64,000 nt of DNA, taken from positions 192,001-256,000 of the forward strand of contig CAVXZB010000084.1 of the NCBI GenBank assembly GCA_963765895.1. The letters run 5' to 3'. A program made the translations under genes and the position numbers. The notes under the pieces are model-generated. The model had not been told where the DNA came from. It worked only from the letters and a program-made list of their open reading frames with translations, and made no database searches. This DNA is from an uncultured Nitrososphaeraceae archaeon. Lineage in GTDB: Archaea > Thermoproteota > Nitrososphaeria > Nitrososphaerales > Nitrososphaeraceae. Positions 1 to 11,176 of the stretch are shown here, piece by piece (positions within the stretch are counted from its first letter, which is position 1; each line of letters starts with the position of its first letter).

Positions 1-504
1 AAGGCATGCCGATCGAAATTAGAAGAAAGACCAATTGGGGATCCCAATCCCAATGATCACATTGCTGGTTTTGTGACGTGATCGCAAGACTATTCGGGTA
101 CATTGGCGCAATCGCTGGCGCACAGATAGGGAAGTACATATGCCGCGTCCTGTTTGTAGACAGGAAGTGACTTATGTAAACGAAACGTCCCCCGATAAGG
201 GGGATATACTCTTTCTGATGAATAAATGTTTCTGTTTAATTTTTATCATAAATGTGGTGGGTTATGTAGCCGGTTGTTTGATTCATCATTACGGCTTTTC
301 AGGCATCCATAGGACATATAGTTGGTATTTTCTTTCCAGACCCCTCTGGAATGGGGATGACATTTTATGGGTAAATATATATCCGAAGCAATGAGAGTTG
401 TGAGTGCCATTTAATTCTTTCAGCCGAATTAGAGCAGTTATCTAAATCAGTCGATTGTGCAGCACAACTCCTTAAATAGTTCCGCATTAAAGAGGAAGCA
501 TATA

Positions 505-753
505 CTAATGATTTAGCGACTTTATTTGCCTTATTACCTCCCTTCCATGTAATTTCACCGACTCATCATTGGAATGGTTCAGAATCTCCGTGATAGGGTT
601 TATTCCATCCCTCCCAAATGCTGCTATAGTATCGATAATTGTTTTTACTACCACTTCTTCATTATGATCAATAGCATTCTTTGTTAGTCTAGACAAATGA
701 TCATTATTAGGAGATGTTTGTCTTATACTCTTTTTACTCTTTTTACTCTTCAT
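505..753 (-). CDS. small hypothetical protein, HEAT-repeat-like helical fold
   Basis: 82 aa; the pattern 'KTIIDTIAAFGRDGINPITEIL...ESVKLHGREVIRQI' resembles a HEAT-like helix pair. Confidence 0.55.
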   Translation of the reverse strand: MKSKKSKKSIRQTSPNNDHLSRLTKNAIDHNEEVVVKTIIDTIAAFGRDGINPITEILNHSNDESVKLHGREVIRQIKSLNH

Positions 754-1131
754 ATAATATTTTCATACACTGTCCGACTAAAAACTCCCAATGGTTCCTT
801 ATTGAAGTTACTGCTGTAGTTCGGAATTGGTTACCACTAATTATAGAATATTTCTGAAGGAAATTAAGGTGTGTCACTTTGTGGTAACTCATTTTGTGCC
901 ATAAACCAACATCATGCACTAGCAGGGGTGCGTCTCAGTCCATGAATCCTGATCATAACTTAACTTAACCAAGGATTTGATCGATTAGTATTTGCTGGGA
1001 CTACACTATCTTGTTGTGCTTCTCGATTAATAGGCGTCAGGCTAAACTGCATTATCTCAAAAATACTCTGAAGTCCTAAATCAAGAGAAGCAGATCCTTT
1101 AATAATTGCAATCCCCCTTTAGACAAAGCAC

Positions 1132-2016
1132 TTGAGGAAACAGAAGAACAATAAGAGATCTTTGAGAGAACGAATCGAGGATAAAAAAAATATTCTTGTT
1201 CTTCCGGGGGTTTATGATGCATTAACTGCAAAGATAGCAGAAAGTGTTGGATTTGATGCAATGTTTCAGACCGGCTACGGTTCTGCTGCTTCACTGCTTG
1301 GAATGCCCGACTATGGTTTTTTGAATGCTGGCGAAACTATTGATAACGCTACTAGAATCATTCGATCTGTGAATTCGCCAGTAATAGTCGATATTGACAC
1401 TGGCTATGGTAACCCACTGACTGTCTGGAAACTTGTTCGCGATTTGGAATCTATTGGCGCAGCAGGTGTCTTTATAGAAGATCAGCTCTGGCCTAAAAGA
1501 TGTGGTCATATGGAAGGTAAGGATGTCATAGAAATGGAAGAATATATTTCAAAATTGAGGGCGGCACTAGAAGCGAGAAAAAGTAAAGACTTTATCATTG
1601 TCGCAAGGACAGATTCAAGAGCCCCACTCGGCCTAGATGAATCTATAAGACGTGGAAAGGCATATCGAGAGATGGGCGCAGATGTTATTTTTATCGAAGC
1701 TCCCAGATCAATTGCAGAGTTAAGAAGAATCGCAGGTGAAATTGACGCGCCCTTGGTTGCAAACATGATCGAAGATGGAGTAACACCGAATCTGAATGCA
1801 AAGCGACTTCTTGACCTTGGATATAGGATTGCAGTTTTCCCGTTGTCAGGGTTATATGCAGCTACTTATGCAGTTGACGAAGTATTTACGGAATTAAGGA
1901 AAAATGGCTCGACTACAAGACTCAAAAAAATTATGACAACATTTGATAATTTCAATAGATTAGTTAATTTACAAATGTATCAGGCTCTTGAGAAAAAATA
2001 CAAGACAGTTCGCTAA
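1132..2016 (+). CDS. prpB: isocitrate lyase/PEP mutase family protein (methylisocitrate lyase-like)
   Basis: Motifs PGVYDALTA, DIDTGYGN, IEDQLWPKRCGH, IVARTD, IFIEAP; TTTAATAA about 27 nt upstream of the TTG start. Confidence 0.85.
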   Translation: MRKQKNNKRSLRERIEDKKNILVLPGVYDALTAKIAESVGFDAMFQTGYGSAASLLGMPDYGFLNAGETIDNATRIIRSVNSPVIVDIDTGYGNPLTVWKLVRDLESIGAAGVFIEDQLWPKRCGHMEGKDVIEMEEYISKLRAALEARKSKDFIIVARTDSRAPLGLDESIRRGKAYREMGADVIFIEAPRSIAELRRIAGEIDAPLVANMIEDGVTPNLNAKRLLDLGYRIAVFPLSGLYAATYAVDEVFTELRKNGSTTRLKKIMTTFDNFNRLVNLQMYQALEKKYKTVR

Positions 2017-2139
2017 GAATTCTGCTAGTAGGAATTCATTTAAGACGCTTTGTGTTTTGGCAAGATATCTAGCTGTCTCAAACGGAGGCAATGTCAATAG
2101 GTTCAATATCGATCAAATCGATCCTATATAGATCACGCC

Positions 2140-3021
2140 ATGAAAATAGCGCATATAAATAATATATCAGGCATAGGCTCTGACCTCTCCCAGGCACAAA
2201 TCTTACAAGGACATTTATCAGATGTTTATGTATTCAATCCAAAGATCTATAACCAGTTCGGAGGCACTATGATTAACTACAGGTCTCCCTTTTCAAGATG
2301 GAAAGTGTTCAGAAAGTTGAAAGAATATGATATCTGGCATTATCATTATCCATACGGTTCCTTAAAAGCAGGCTTGGAAAAACGAAATCAAGGAAAAATA
2401 TACCTCAAGCATTATCACGGAGATGATCTCAGAGGAAAGTCTGATGACGATTTTTGCCTAGTCTCTACGCCAGACCTCTTACAGTACGCTCAGACTGGTA
2501 AATGGCTTCCTAGTCCAGTTTGCATCGACAAGTTGCTAACAGTAACAGAAAATAGAGACGGCGGTAGACTCAGGGTAGCACATTATCCTTATTATAAAAT
2601 GTATGGACATCTGGACATTTATTCTGAAATCCTAGATTCATTACAGAAGGCTGGCAAATGTGACATAGTTAGAATCTTGGACGTTTCGCATAGAGAGACT
2701 TTAAGGTTAATTTCTACCTGCGATATAGTACTTGGAAAGATTATTCCAAATATTGGCTGGTTTGGGAGATTCGAACTTGAAGGAATGGCTCTTGGAAAAC
2801 CGGTCATTGCTTATATATCTGATGAATTATACGATAAATACAAGCCTCCTGTCTTTATAACGACTAACCAAAATTTTAGACAGGATCTCGAAGCATTATT
2901 GGAAGACACAAGTGTTCAAGATAAACTAGCAGAAGAAGGAATACAATATGTAAAAGAATATCACTCCACCAAAAAGATAGTAGAGACTCTGCAGAATATA
3001 TATAGACAATTAGGTTCTTAA
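2140..3021 (+). CDS. glycosyltransferase (GT4-like, GT-B fold)
   Basis: MKIAHI start, HYHY and HYHGDDLR, C-terminal FGRFELEGMALGKPVI. Confidence 0.85.
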   Translation: MKIAHINNISGIGSDLSQAQILQGHLSDVYVFNPKIYNQFGGTMINYRSPFSRWKVFRKLKEYDIWHYHYPYGSLKAGLEKRNQGKIYLKHYHGDDLRGKSDDDFCLVSTPDLLQYAQTGKWLPSPVCIDKLLTVTENRDGGRLRVAHYPYYKMYGHLDIYSEILDSLQKAGKCDIVRILDVSHRETLRLISTCDIVLGKIIPNIGWFGRFELEGMALGKPVIAYISDELYDKYKPPVFITTNQNFRQDLEALLEDTSVQDKLAEEGIQYVKEYHSTKKIVETLQNIYRQLGS

Positions 3022-3151
3022 AATAACTTGGTTCCTTTGTGAATAAACAGCATCTAACAAGGCGATAGAACCTTATTACAATCGGGAGTGAATTTCGTAC
3101 TTCAGAAGGGCTTACGATATATTTTTTAAAAGCCAGACGTACGACTTAACG

Positions 3152-4366
3152 TTGATAAATCTATGCAATTTGCTGACGTTGAGGTATGACCCTTTTTATC
3201 CAAAGGATTCGACCAAAATAGCTGACGTTACCACAGACCAGATTTTAGCTCAAAGAAAAGGTACAGAACCCATTCCAACTTCATTAGAGATAGAAAAAGC
3301 CCTTCGTAATGTAATAAAATATTCAGTCGAGACCAACAAAGCTGACCATGTCGCTGTTGCATTAAGTACAGGTGTAGATTCGAATCTTATATTCTCATTA
3401 ATACGGGACGAATTCCCGGCGATTGACATCAATTGTTATTGTGTAGGTTTCTACGATGATCATGAGCTCTTGATTGCTAAGCAGATTTCAGAGAGTAAAG
3501 GAGGATCGTTCAATCGTATCGTTGTAGAAAACCCGTTGAGAGATCTGATTGAAATGATAAGCATAGTCAAAGAACCGAGATGGAATATATATCAATATTA
3601 TTTTATTAAAGAGGCAAAATCCACTTCTGATATCCTATTCACTGGAGACGGCGGTGACGAATTATTTGCTGGATACACTTTCAGATATAGAAAGTTCCTT
3701 TCTTTGATAACGTCAAAAGCTACTCCATTAGAACGGATTCAGGTTTATCTGCAATGTCATGAACGTGATTGGGTAGCCGATCAAGAAAAAATGTTCGAAA
3801 AAAACATGAAATTTAGTTGGTTATCAATTTACGAAATATTCGAAAAATATTTCAACAACACTTTAGAACCGCTGGACCAGCTATTATGTGCAGATTATAA
3901 TGGTAAGTTATTGCATGATTTCGTCCCAACTAATGAGAAGTTTTTTAGGTATTTCAATATTAAGGGCAAGGCACCTCTTATGGATGATGAAATTGTGAAG
4001 CTTTCCATCAAGATTCCTCCAGAATTGAAATATGATTATAGAAATAATGTTGGAAAGATCCCGTTACGATCTATTCTAACACGCAACTCTAGCCAAAAGT
4101 TCATCGAAAACGAAAAAATCGGATACGGAATGGACCTGAATGCATTATGGTCAAAAGAGGGGATGGAGATCATAACGTGTAACTTGGAACGAGGGCGAAT
4201 ATTTGAGGAAAAAATAATAGATCAAACTTGGTACCATAGTGCGTTATCGAAGATTAATGAAACCGGAGATCCAAGGTATATTAGCAAATTGCTTCAATTA
4301 CTGAGCCTAGAAATCTGGTATAAATTATTTGTTACTCGAGAATTAAAAGGCACTGAGCGGTTATGA
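3152..4366 (+). CDS. asparagine synthase C-terminal-domain protein (ATP-dependent amidoligase) without a glutaminase domain
   Basis: PP-loop ALSTGVDS, FTGDGGDELFAGY, APLMD, GKIPLR, KIGYG; only about 60 aa precede the PP-loop. Confidence 0.85.
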   Translation: MINLCNLLTLRYDPFYPKDSTKIADVTTDQILAQRKGTEPIPTSLEIEKALRNVIKYSVETNKADHVAVALSTGVDSNLIFSLIRDEFPAIDINCYCVGFYDDHELLIAKQISESKGGSFNRIVVENPLRDLIEMISIVKEPRWNIYQYYFIKEAKSTSDILFTGDGGDELFAGYTFRYRKFLSLITSKATPLERIQVYLQCHERDWVADQEKMFEKNMKFSWLSIYEIFEKYFNNTLEPLDQLLCADYNGKLLHDFVPTNEKFFRYFNIKGKAPLMDDEIVKLSIKIPPELKYDYRNNVGKIPLRSILTRNSSQKFIENEKIGYGMDLNALWSKEGMEIITCNLERGRIFEEKIIDQTWYHSALSKINETGDPRYISKLLQLLSLEIWYKLFVTRELKGTERL

Positions 4367-4411
4367 TAGATCCAATATATGATCTTTAATCGCGTAGATA
4401 TCTGACAAACA

Positions 4412-5971
4412 TTGCACTCCCTTATTCAACCGATTTCAAGGATTGTGACGGATAAATATTATGCAGCCTTACTGGTCTTTTCTGCTGGCTTCCTACTGAG
4501 ACTTGTTCCGGAGATGATCGCATATCCCTACCCAATTGGTTATGATGTAATTAACTACTACATCCCGGTGTTATCCAATTTCGATATCCATTGGCATTCC
4601 ACTTCACACGAATTTCCGATGTATGTTTACTTGTTGCATTTGATTGGTAGTGCAGTAGCATCATCGCCATACATTACGGTATTAGCCTCAGCCATATTCA
4701 TGTTTGGAATGCTGTCTGTCTCAATATTCGCGATAGGAATAAGAATCCTAAACATAAGTGTAACAGAAAGCGTATTTCTTTCTATTTTTGTTATTCTACA
4801 AATGTCCGTCCTCCGTACTACGTGGGATCTGCACAAAGATGTCTTTTCTATTTCGTTAATGTTCTTCGTCTTTTCATTGATTGCTGTCAACAAATCAAGT
4901 AATAGTTTAAATCAATTACTAAAGTCAATAGTATCAATCATCCTATCCTCGGTTATCGCAGTATCGGACAGGATGGTCGGTGGATTGTTCTCACTTTCTT
5001 TATTCATATACGCAATCAAATCCAAGGACAAAATCGCTGCATTAAGTTCTATCGCCGCGTTATTTGTATTTGTAATAGCCTTGTTCATGGGCTCTACTAT
5101 ATGGAATGATCTTAGCAAATTTAGTTTTATTGAACATCAGGTAGTCACGGTTCGACACACTGGAATATCCTCTACATCTTACAATCCATTTAATCTATTA
5201 ATTTCTTTTATTGCAGTAAACGGTCTCTTGGTGCCGGCAGCTCTATTGGGTTTGCGACATGAAAAGAATGCTAAGATCCTGAAAATTGCACTCCTGATCA
5301 CCATTTTTGGGTCGTTTTCATGGATATTATTTCCAAATGATGAATCATTAGTTGCTAACAGATGGATCATATTGACCGGGATTTTTCTTTCGATTTTCGC
5401 CGGCAACGGATTCATTATTCTTAGTAAAAGAATTGGTGTTCGGAAATCGAAAACCGCTTATCCTATCCTTTTAATCACAATAGCAATATTTGGTATTATT
5501 GGAATAAGTTATGTCGCCTCACCATATCGTAGCCCATTTATACTATATGAAATTGTGCGTGGCTATATTGGATCATTTGAACCGGTGAGTATGCAGTTTA
5601 ATTCTCTAGACATAAAGGAGAACCCTATGCTATTATCAGCAATAGAGTGGATCAACAAAAATACCACACCAAATGCAATTATAATCGGAGCAAACCACTT
5701 AAGGGGCTGGATGGAATTGGAACTTGAACAAGATAGGACCTTCCATTTTTTCAAGAGCAAGGAGGGCATATTGAATTTTTTGCGAAATACGAAATCCCAA
5801 AATAGTTATTTATTTTCGATTAACGGAGAAAATCCCGTTCTGTCGGGCATAAAAGTTAAAAATGTCTATAAATCTGAACTAATAACGATATCAAGAGTAT
5901 ATTCCCCCGCAATGCAGGCGGGTCAAATTATTAACATAATTCATACCAATGGAATGCGTAACACATTTTAA
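4412..5971 (+). CDS. polytopic membrane protein, probable GT-C-type glycosyltransferase
   Basis: More than 10 hydrophobic segments; YPYPIGYDVINYY in the first loop; soluble C-terminal domain 'AIEWINKNTTPNAIII'; lies in a GT cluster. Confidence 0.65.
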   Translation: MHSLIQPISRIVTDKYYAALLVFSAGFLLRLVPEMIAYPYPIGYDVINYYIPVLSNFDIHWHSTSHEFPMYVYLLHLIGSAVASSPYITVLASAIFMFGMLSVSIFAIGIRILNISVTESVFLSIFVILQMSVLRTTWDLHKDVFSISLMFFVFSLIAVNKSSNSLNQLLKSIVSIILSSVIAVSDRMVGGLFSLSLFIYAIKSKDKIAALSSIAALFVFVIALFMGSTIWNDLSKFSFIEHQVVTVRHTGISSTSYNPFNLLISFIAVNGLLVPAALLGLRHEKNAKILKIALLITIFGSFSWILFPNDESLVANRWIILTGIFLSIFAGNGFIILSKRIGVRKSKTAYPILLITIAIFGIIGISYVASPYRSPFILYEIVRGYIGSFEPVSMQFNSLDIKENPMLLSAIEWINKNTTPNAIIIGANHLRGWMELELEQDRTFHFFKSKEGILNFLRNTKSQNSYLFSINGENPVLSGIKVKNVYKSELITISRVYSPAMQAGQIINIIHTNGMRNTF

Positions 5972-5998
5972 CAGTAAAAAGCATCATACACCATAGGG

Positions 5999-6520
5999 AT
6001 GCTTACAAGAGACTTCATACGAAAGGCTACTGGAAATTGGGTAAGAAGAAGATGGCTCGATTTTCGAAATGGCCATAGTATCTATTTAATTTTTATAATG
6101 ACTTTTGCTAACTTTATTACAATACAGTACAAGTTACTTATCGACAAGGCGCCGGTATTTAGTTCAGCATTTCACAGTATATGGGGATTCGCTCTTCTTT
6201 TTGTGGCAGTCTATGTTCCCTTGGGCATAATTATTGGATATTGGCATCGAAAAAGCCAGTGGAGAGTGGAACAGGATGCCCTTTTTAAGGAAAATGAAAT
6301 TGGAGCCACAATGTGGTTGTTTGTAATCGACTTGATTGATGGAAGGGTATCTGAGGAAGAGAAGTTGCAAATGAGAGAAATGCTCACTAAAATTACTCGA
6401 CGTAGCATAAGAGCCGCCGCACTTAGACCATCATCATCGACCATAAATGCATCACCTGAGAACGGGAAAACTCAAAAAACAAATCCCGTCGATGCAAAGG
6501 TAAATACTGAGAATATGTAA
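5999..6520 (+). CDS. small membrane protein (2 TM), hypothetical
   Basis: WVRRRWLDFRNGHSIYLIF then two TM helices; low-complexity tail. Confidence 0.7.
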   Translation: MLTRDFIRKATGNWVRRRWLDFRNGHSIYLIFIMTFANFITIQYKLLIDKAPVFSSAFHSIWGFALLFVAVYVPLGIIIGYWHRKSQWRVEQDALFKENEIGATMWLFVIDLIDGRVSEEEKLQMREMLTKITRRSIRAAALRPSSSTINASPENGKTQKTNPVDAKVNTENM

Positions 6521-6542
6521 TGTAGCACTTAGCCTGGAATAT

Positions 6543-7460
6543 ATGCTGCGTATTCTTCATGTATTTGATCAAGCAGGTGTGGCATTTATTCTTGCAAAGT
6601 TCCAGCAACTACAAGGGCATGAGTCAAAGGTACTAACCACTAAAACCTCAGATAAATATGGGATAAAGGACTTTTATAGAGATCAGATGTTATATGCAAA
6701 ATCTGAAAAAGAGTTTCATGAGGATTGCTTGATGTATGCTAAAACTGCAGATATAATCCACATCCATAGCAGAATTGATGCATTATTATTCCTACGCAAG
6801 AAGCTTGGTAATTCAAAGAGGATTATCTTACACTACCATGGGACTGACATAAGAGGACTGAAGAAAATCAAACTGCCGCATCGATCTAGTATATCTGACC
6901 TGGCGATAAAGTCGATTCACAACTACAGGAAGATACGTGACAAGCTGTTGTTAAGACATAGATTTCATGAGAAGGCTCAAAATATGTCCAATGCAGTTAT
7001 AGTTGCAACGCCTGATCTCTTGTCACACGTGAAAGGTGCAGTATTTATTCCCAACCCAGTAGACACCGAGCATTTTACCCCAAATAATTCCAAGGATGGC
7101 CGGGATTTAGATAGAGTTGCTTTAACTATGGACACAGAAGCTACAGATTATAATTTGACCATGCAATATTGTAGAAATAACAATATTCGCCTAAATATTG
7201 ACGTTCATGACAGAGCGAAACAGCCGATTATGTATCGGGATATGCCCGCATTCCTACAGAGGTATGCGGTATACGTAGATATAAGATACGTTAATGGTGT
7301 GTTATTGCCTAATCTGAGTAAGACAGCGTTGGAAGCCCTCGGGTGCGGCCTTAGAGTATTGAATTACAAATTACAATACCACGACAATCTGCCATTTGAA
7401 CACCAGCCGTTAAACGTTGTATCTCAAGTACAATCATTATATGGAACAGTATACCATTAA
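6543..7460 (+). CDS. glycosyltransferase (GT4-like)
   Basis: MLRILHV, DIIHIH, HYHGTDIRG, IPNPVD, SKTALEALGCG; paralogous to 2140..3021. Confidence 0.8.
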   Translation: MLRILHVFDQAGVAFILAKFQQLQGHESKVLTTKTSDKYGIKDFYRDQMLYAKSEKEFHEDCLMYAKTADIIHIHSRIDALLFLRKKLGNSKRIILHYHGTDIRGLKKIKLPHRSSISDLAIKSIHNYRKIRDKLLLRHRFHEKAQNMSNAVIVATPDLLSHVKGAVFIPNPVDTEHFTPNNSKDGRDLDRVALTMDTEATDYNLTMQYCRNNNIRLNIDVHDRAKQPIMYRDMPAFLQRYAVYVDIRYVNGVLLPNLSKTALEALGCGLRVLNYKLQYHDNLPFEHQPLNVVSQVQSLYGTVYH

Positions 7461-7646
7461 TCTTGACTAGTTGGAGTTACTTAGGCGAGATCAGATACTC
7501 ATAGTTGAAGTATCAATACTTCTTGAGGACAGAAAGTTGCTTGGAAGTCATTTCCTTCAGCTATGACTTTCATTAACTAGCGATAAATGCTATCCATAGC
7601 GTTAACATATGAATTAAAAGAATGAGAATGCTATGAAATATAAGAT

Positions 7647-8790
7647 TTGAAAATATTACACCTGTCTCATGAAGGTCTACCAGATTGGCGGGTCGAAAAA
7701 TCAGCAATTACGGCTACGAGGCATGGTCATCAGGTCATTTTCTGTGGTAAAGGATCAAATTATAAAACGACACTTTTCCAAAAAATCTATCAAATCAATT
7801 GGAATGCAAAAGCAAGGTTCGGAGTTCCCCTATACTGGAAATCGGTAAAGCGACAACTAGCTAAAGTCTTAGATGAGACAAGACCAGATATTGTTCATGC
7901 ACACAATATTTTTTCAGCGAGAATGATTTCGGAATTTAAACTCCCATTTGTCTACGACGATCATGAATTCTGGTCCGCATCTTCAAGACTACTTAATGAA
8001 ATGAAGCCGAAGTCAGACGTTGTTACGAAATCCAAGACGTTGGGTCGCAATTTCCTCGAACTGGCTACTGGTACTCGAAAAAAAATCGTGAATCGCTATG
8101 CCATAAAATTATGGGCCAGATGGGAAAAAGAAATCGTTTGTTCAGCGCCAACTATCACAGTTTCTGATGCTAGTTCTAACGAGATGCGAAAATTAGGCTC
8201 GAGCAAACTGTTTGTTGTGCCGAACTTTCCTCTGTCGTCTGAAACAAGTAATATTGAAGGTCCACGATATCATCAATTTTTATCATCGGTGTATGCAGGC
8301 GAGCGATGGTCTCAATATCGATAGATATCCTCATCGAAATATGACCGGCTTTACCGACGTTTTTGAAACCAATGGAATAGGAACCCTTACAGTATTAGGA
8401 TGGAAAAATAATTCAACGGATAGAGTAAAGTACAAAGGATACTTATCGAGACAAGAGATGTTTAATGAAATGTCCAATCATTCGATAGGTCTACTCCCAT
8501 GGAGGAAACATTGGGCTCACTTCTTTACTAATCCCAATAAACCATATGAATATGCTCATGCAGGGCTGTTTGTCATGTGTTCTTCCTCTGTTCAGCCTGT
8601 CATTAGAACACTTCAAGATCATTGCTCTGTATTCGACGACTATGATGAGATGGTTTCTCAACTATTATATTTCAAGAATCACTTGGATTTGCTCTATAAG
8701 AAAAGACGAGAGTCATATAGATTTGCTAAAGCTAATATAATCTGGGAGAAGCATGAAAATAATATACTCCAAGCATACCAACTTTCTTAG
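7647..8790 (+). CDS. glycosyltransferase (GT4-like), split by a +1 frameshift at about 8301 (probably artefactual)
   Basis: RPDIVHAHN and VYDDHE in the first ORF, PNKPYEYAHAGL in the second; deleting G8301 gives VYAGSDGLNIDRYP. Confidence 0.8.
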
Positions 8791-9065
8791 CGCTTGTTTC
8801 GTGGCTCATTAAATCCAGAATTACACAAATTATAGTTTGAAATTAGATCATATCTCCATAGAATTGAAATAAATCATTCCAGCACCAACTATTGATTTCG
8901 ATTTTGAAGATGTCTATAATATAGACTTGTCAAATTGGACATCTATTAAGCAGCCTTGAATTAACTCAATTCGAATTTGAATCCCAGGAGAGGTGTATAC
9001 CATCGATTTATCGAGATAGAAGAAAGAACTTTAAAATTGATGTTATTCGCTGGTTCTATAACTAA

Positions 9066-9921
9066 TTGGGCAGTTATTTCGCAATTGTTACTTCGAGGAA
9101 TTCAGAAAATGGGATCAAGTCGGCACTCCTCTCGCTAAAGAATCAAGCATTGGGCCCCGAATACGTCATAGTAATCGATGATGGCTCTAAAGATAGTACA
9201 CCGGAAATTCTTAAGGAATTGCAACAAAGCTGGAGTGAGCTATTCATAATAACAAACCCCGATATGGGTTATAATATCAGTAGGGTAGTGAAAAACTGGA
9301 ACGCGGCGTTAGAACTCGTGAAAAATAGAAATATGGTAAGAACAGATTATCATCTTATTGCCACAGATGATACCGAGTACGCTCCGGATTATGCTTTTAG
9401 GCTGATTTCTTATTTAGATTCTAATCCCGAGGTCGCCATAGCATCGGGCAACTATACAAATCATAAACCAGAAATGCCACATGGCGCCGGTAGATATGTA
9501 CGAAATACTGTATTTGAAAAGACAAGGTGGAAAGGAAGTCTATCCTGAGCAAATGGGCTACGAGTCAGCTATTTTGTACGAAGTGGAATTTCTTGGTTAC
9601 AAATATTCTGTAATCGAAGAGGCGAGATTTCGACATCTCAGGCCTCTAGGTTTAAATCATCGCTTTTACGAGTTCGGCGCTACTATGCATACGCTTGGAT
9701 ATCATCCGGTGTATGCATTAGGAAGATTTGCGAAGTATTTTTTAACCGGCACGGTCACAGGGCGACTTGGATCATTATACATGATCTATTATTACCTGAC
9801 ATATAGGGCAGAAATCCGAGGTTATAACCGTCTTTATGATACCCAACTCAGACAGTATGTAAGAAAGAAACAGAGCGATAGAATAAAAAGAATACTCAAT
9901 ATGAGAATACTCAAGAAGTAA
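9066..9921 (+). CDS. family 2 glycosyltransferase, split by a +1 frameshift at about 9537
   Basis: VIVIDDGSKDST and ATDDT; deleting one A at 9536/9537 gives WKGVYPEQMGYES. Confidence 0.8.
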
Positions 9922-10003
9922 CTAAGATCGTGACTATACCATGGCAGGGTGATAAATTATTTAGTATAGGTTGGAAGGTCACTAGATTTTTATATCTTAT
10001 ATT

Positions 10004-10819
10004 TTGCTCTGTTCAGCTAATATGTGTGAACTCAATCCTAAAGATTACTGGGAAAATAGATTAAAGGAAAATTTTGGATTGCACGGCACCGGCTTCCAGG
10101 GTCTCGGAAAGCGGTACAATGAATATATGTACAAGGTTAGGAGACGAGTCTTCATTCATAGAATGAGCAAATTAGATATAGACTTTGCAAATGTAAATGT
10201 GTTAGATATCGGTTCAGGTACTGGGTTTTATGTAGGCCTGTGGAAGGATCTCGGCACGATTAGTATAACTGGTACTGACATAACAACTGTAGCAGTTGAT
10301 AATTTGAGATCAATGTATCCCTCCGACGAATTCTTCCAAGTAGACATTGGCGATGAAGCGGCCTATAAGAAACTTGGTAAAAAATTTGACATTATTTCAG
10401 CTTTCGATGTATTATTTCATATCGTAGATGATACTCGATATGAGAACGCCATAAGGAATATATTCTCTTTATTGAAGCCTGGTGGATTCTTTATTTTTTC
10501 CGATAATTTTTTACATCATGATTCTATAAGGTCAGCTCGACAAGTTAGCAGATCACTGAATGTTATTCAAAAAGTGTTACGCGAAAATCATTTTGAGGTA
10601 ATACTACGCCGTCCCATGTTTGTATTAATGAACGCGCCGGTTGATACGAATCGATCTGTTTTGAGGGCTATCTGGCATACCATTACCTCAGCAGTCCAAT
10701 ATAGTGAAAGTATGGCGTTCATTGTGTGTACTATACTATACCCGATTGAACTGTTGTTAATATCGATTATCAAGGAGAGCCCTTCCACAGAGATGATGAT
10801 TTGTCGATCTGCAATTTAA
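10004..10819 (+). CDS. class I SAM-dependent methyltransferase
   Basis: VLDIGSGTG, FDIISAFDVLFHI, LLKPGG; the true start may be ATG 10022. Confidence 0.9.
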   Translation: MLCSANMCELNPKDYWENRLKENFGLHGTGFQGLGKRYNEYMYKVRRRVFIHRMSKLDIDFANVNVLDIGSGTGFYVGLWKDLGTISITGTDITTVAVDNLRSMYPSDEFFQVDIGDEAAYKKLGKKFDIISAFDVLFHIVDDTRYENAIRNIFSLLKPGGFFIFSDNFLHHDSIRSARQVSRSLNVIQKVLRENHFEVILRRPMFVLMNAPVDTNRSVLRAIWHTITSAVQYSESMAFIVCTILYPIELLLISIIKESPSTEMMICRSAI

Positions 10820-11176
10820 GGACGTCAAATTGAGATAGATTTTTATTAATATTGGTAATAATAATACTGCATAGGTCTCAATGTAAAGTGAATCATTCTA
10901 AAGAGGGACATTAAGAGATCTAAATATTATGCGGATCATATACACTGGCTGATAAAGGATTAGCGATCAACTGGGTTGTCATTTGCTAGTGACTGGTTCG
11001 ACTTTCCAGAGAGATATCGTTGGCTAAGGATCTGATGTCTTCCTTACTGTATTTGACTACGCTTGAGAATACGCTGATTTATTGTTGGTTGTTGAGAAAA
11101 AAGTTGGCAAGTGCGGTCAAACTGAGAGTTGGGGGCACAAACTGGTCGTTTAATATTTAGCATTACCCTATTGGAG

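Noticed and set aside
181-221. Hammerhead-like words CGAAAC and CTGATGA around the GTCCCCC/GGGGGAT hairpin
   Set aside because: Only about 6 unpaired nt lie where stem I must form, the 15.2-16.2 pair would be C-A, and stem II cannot close.
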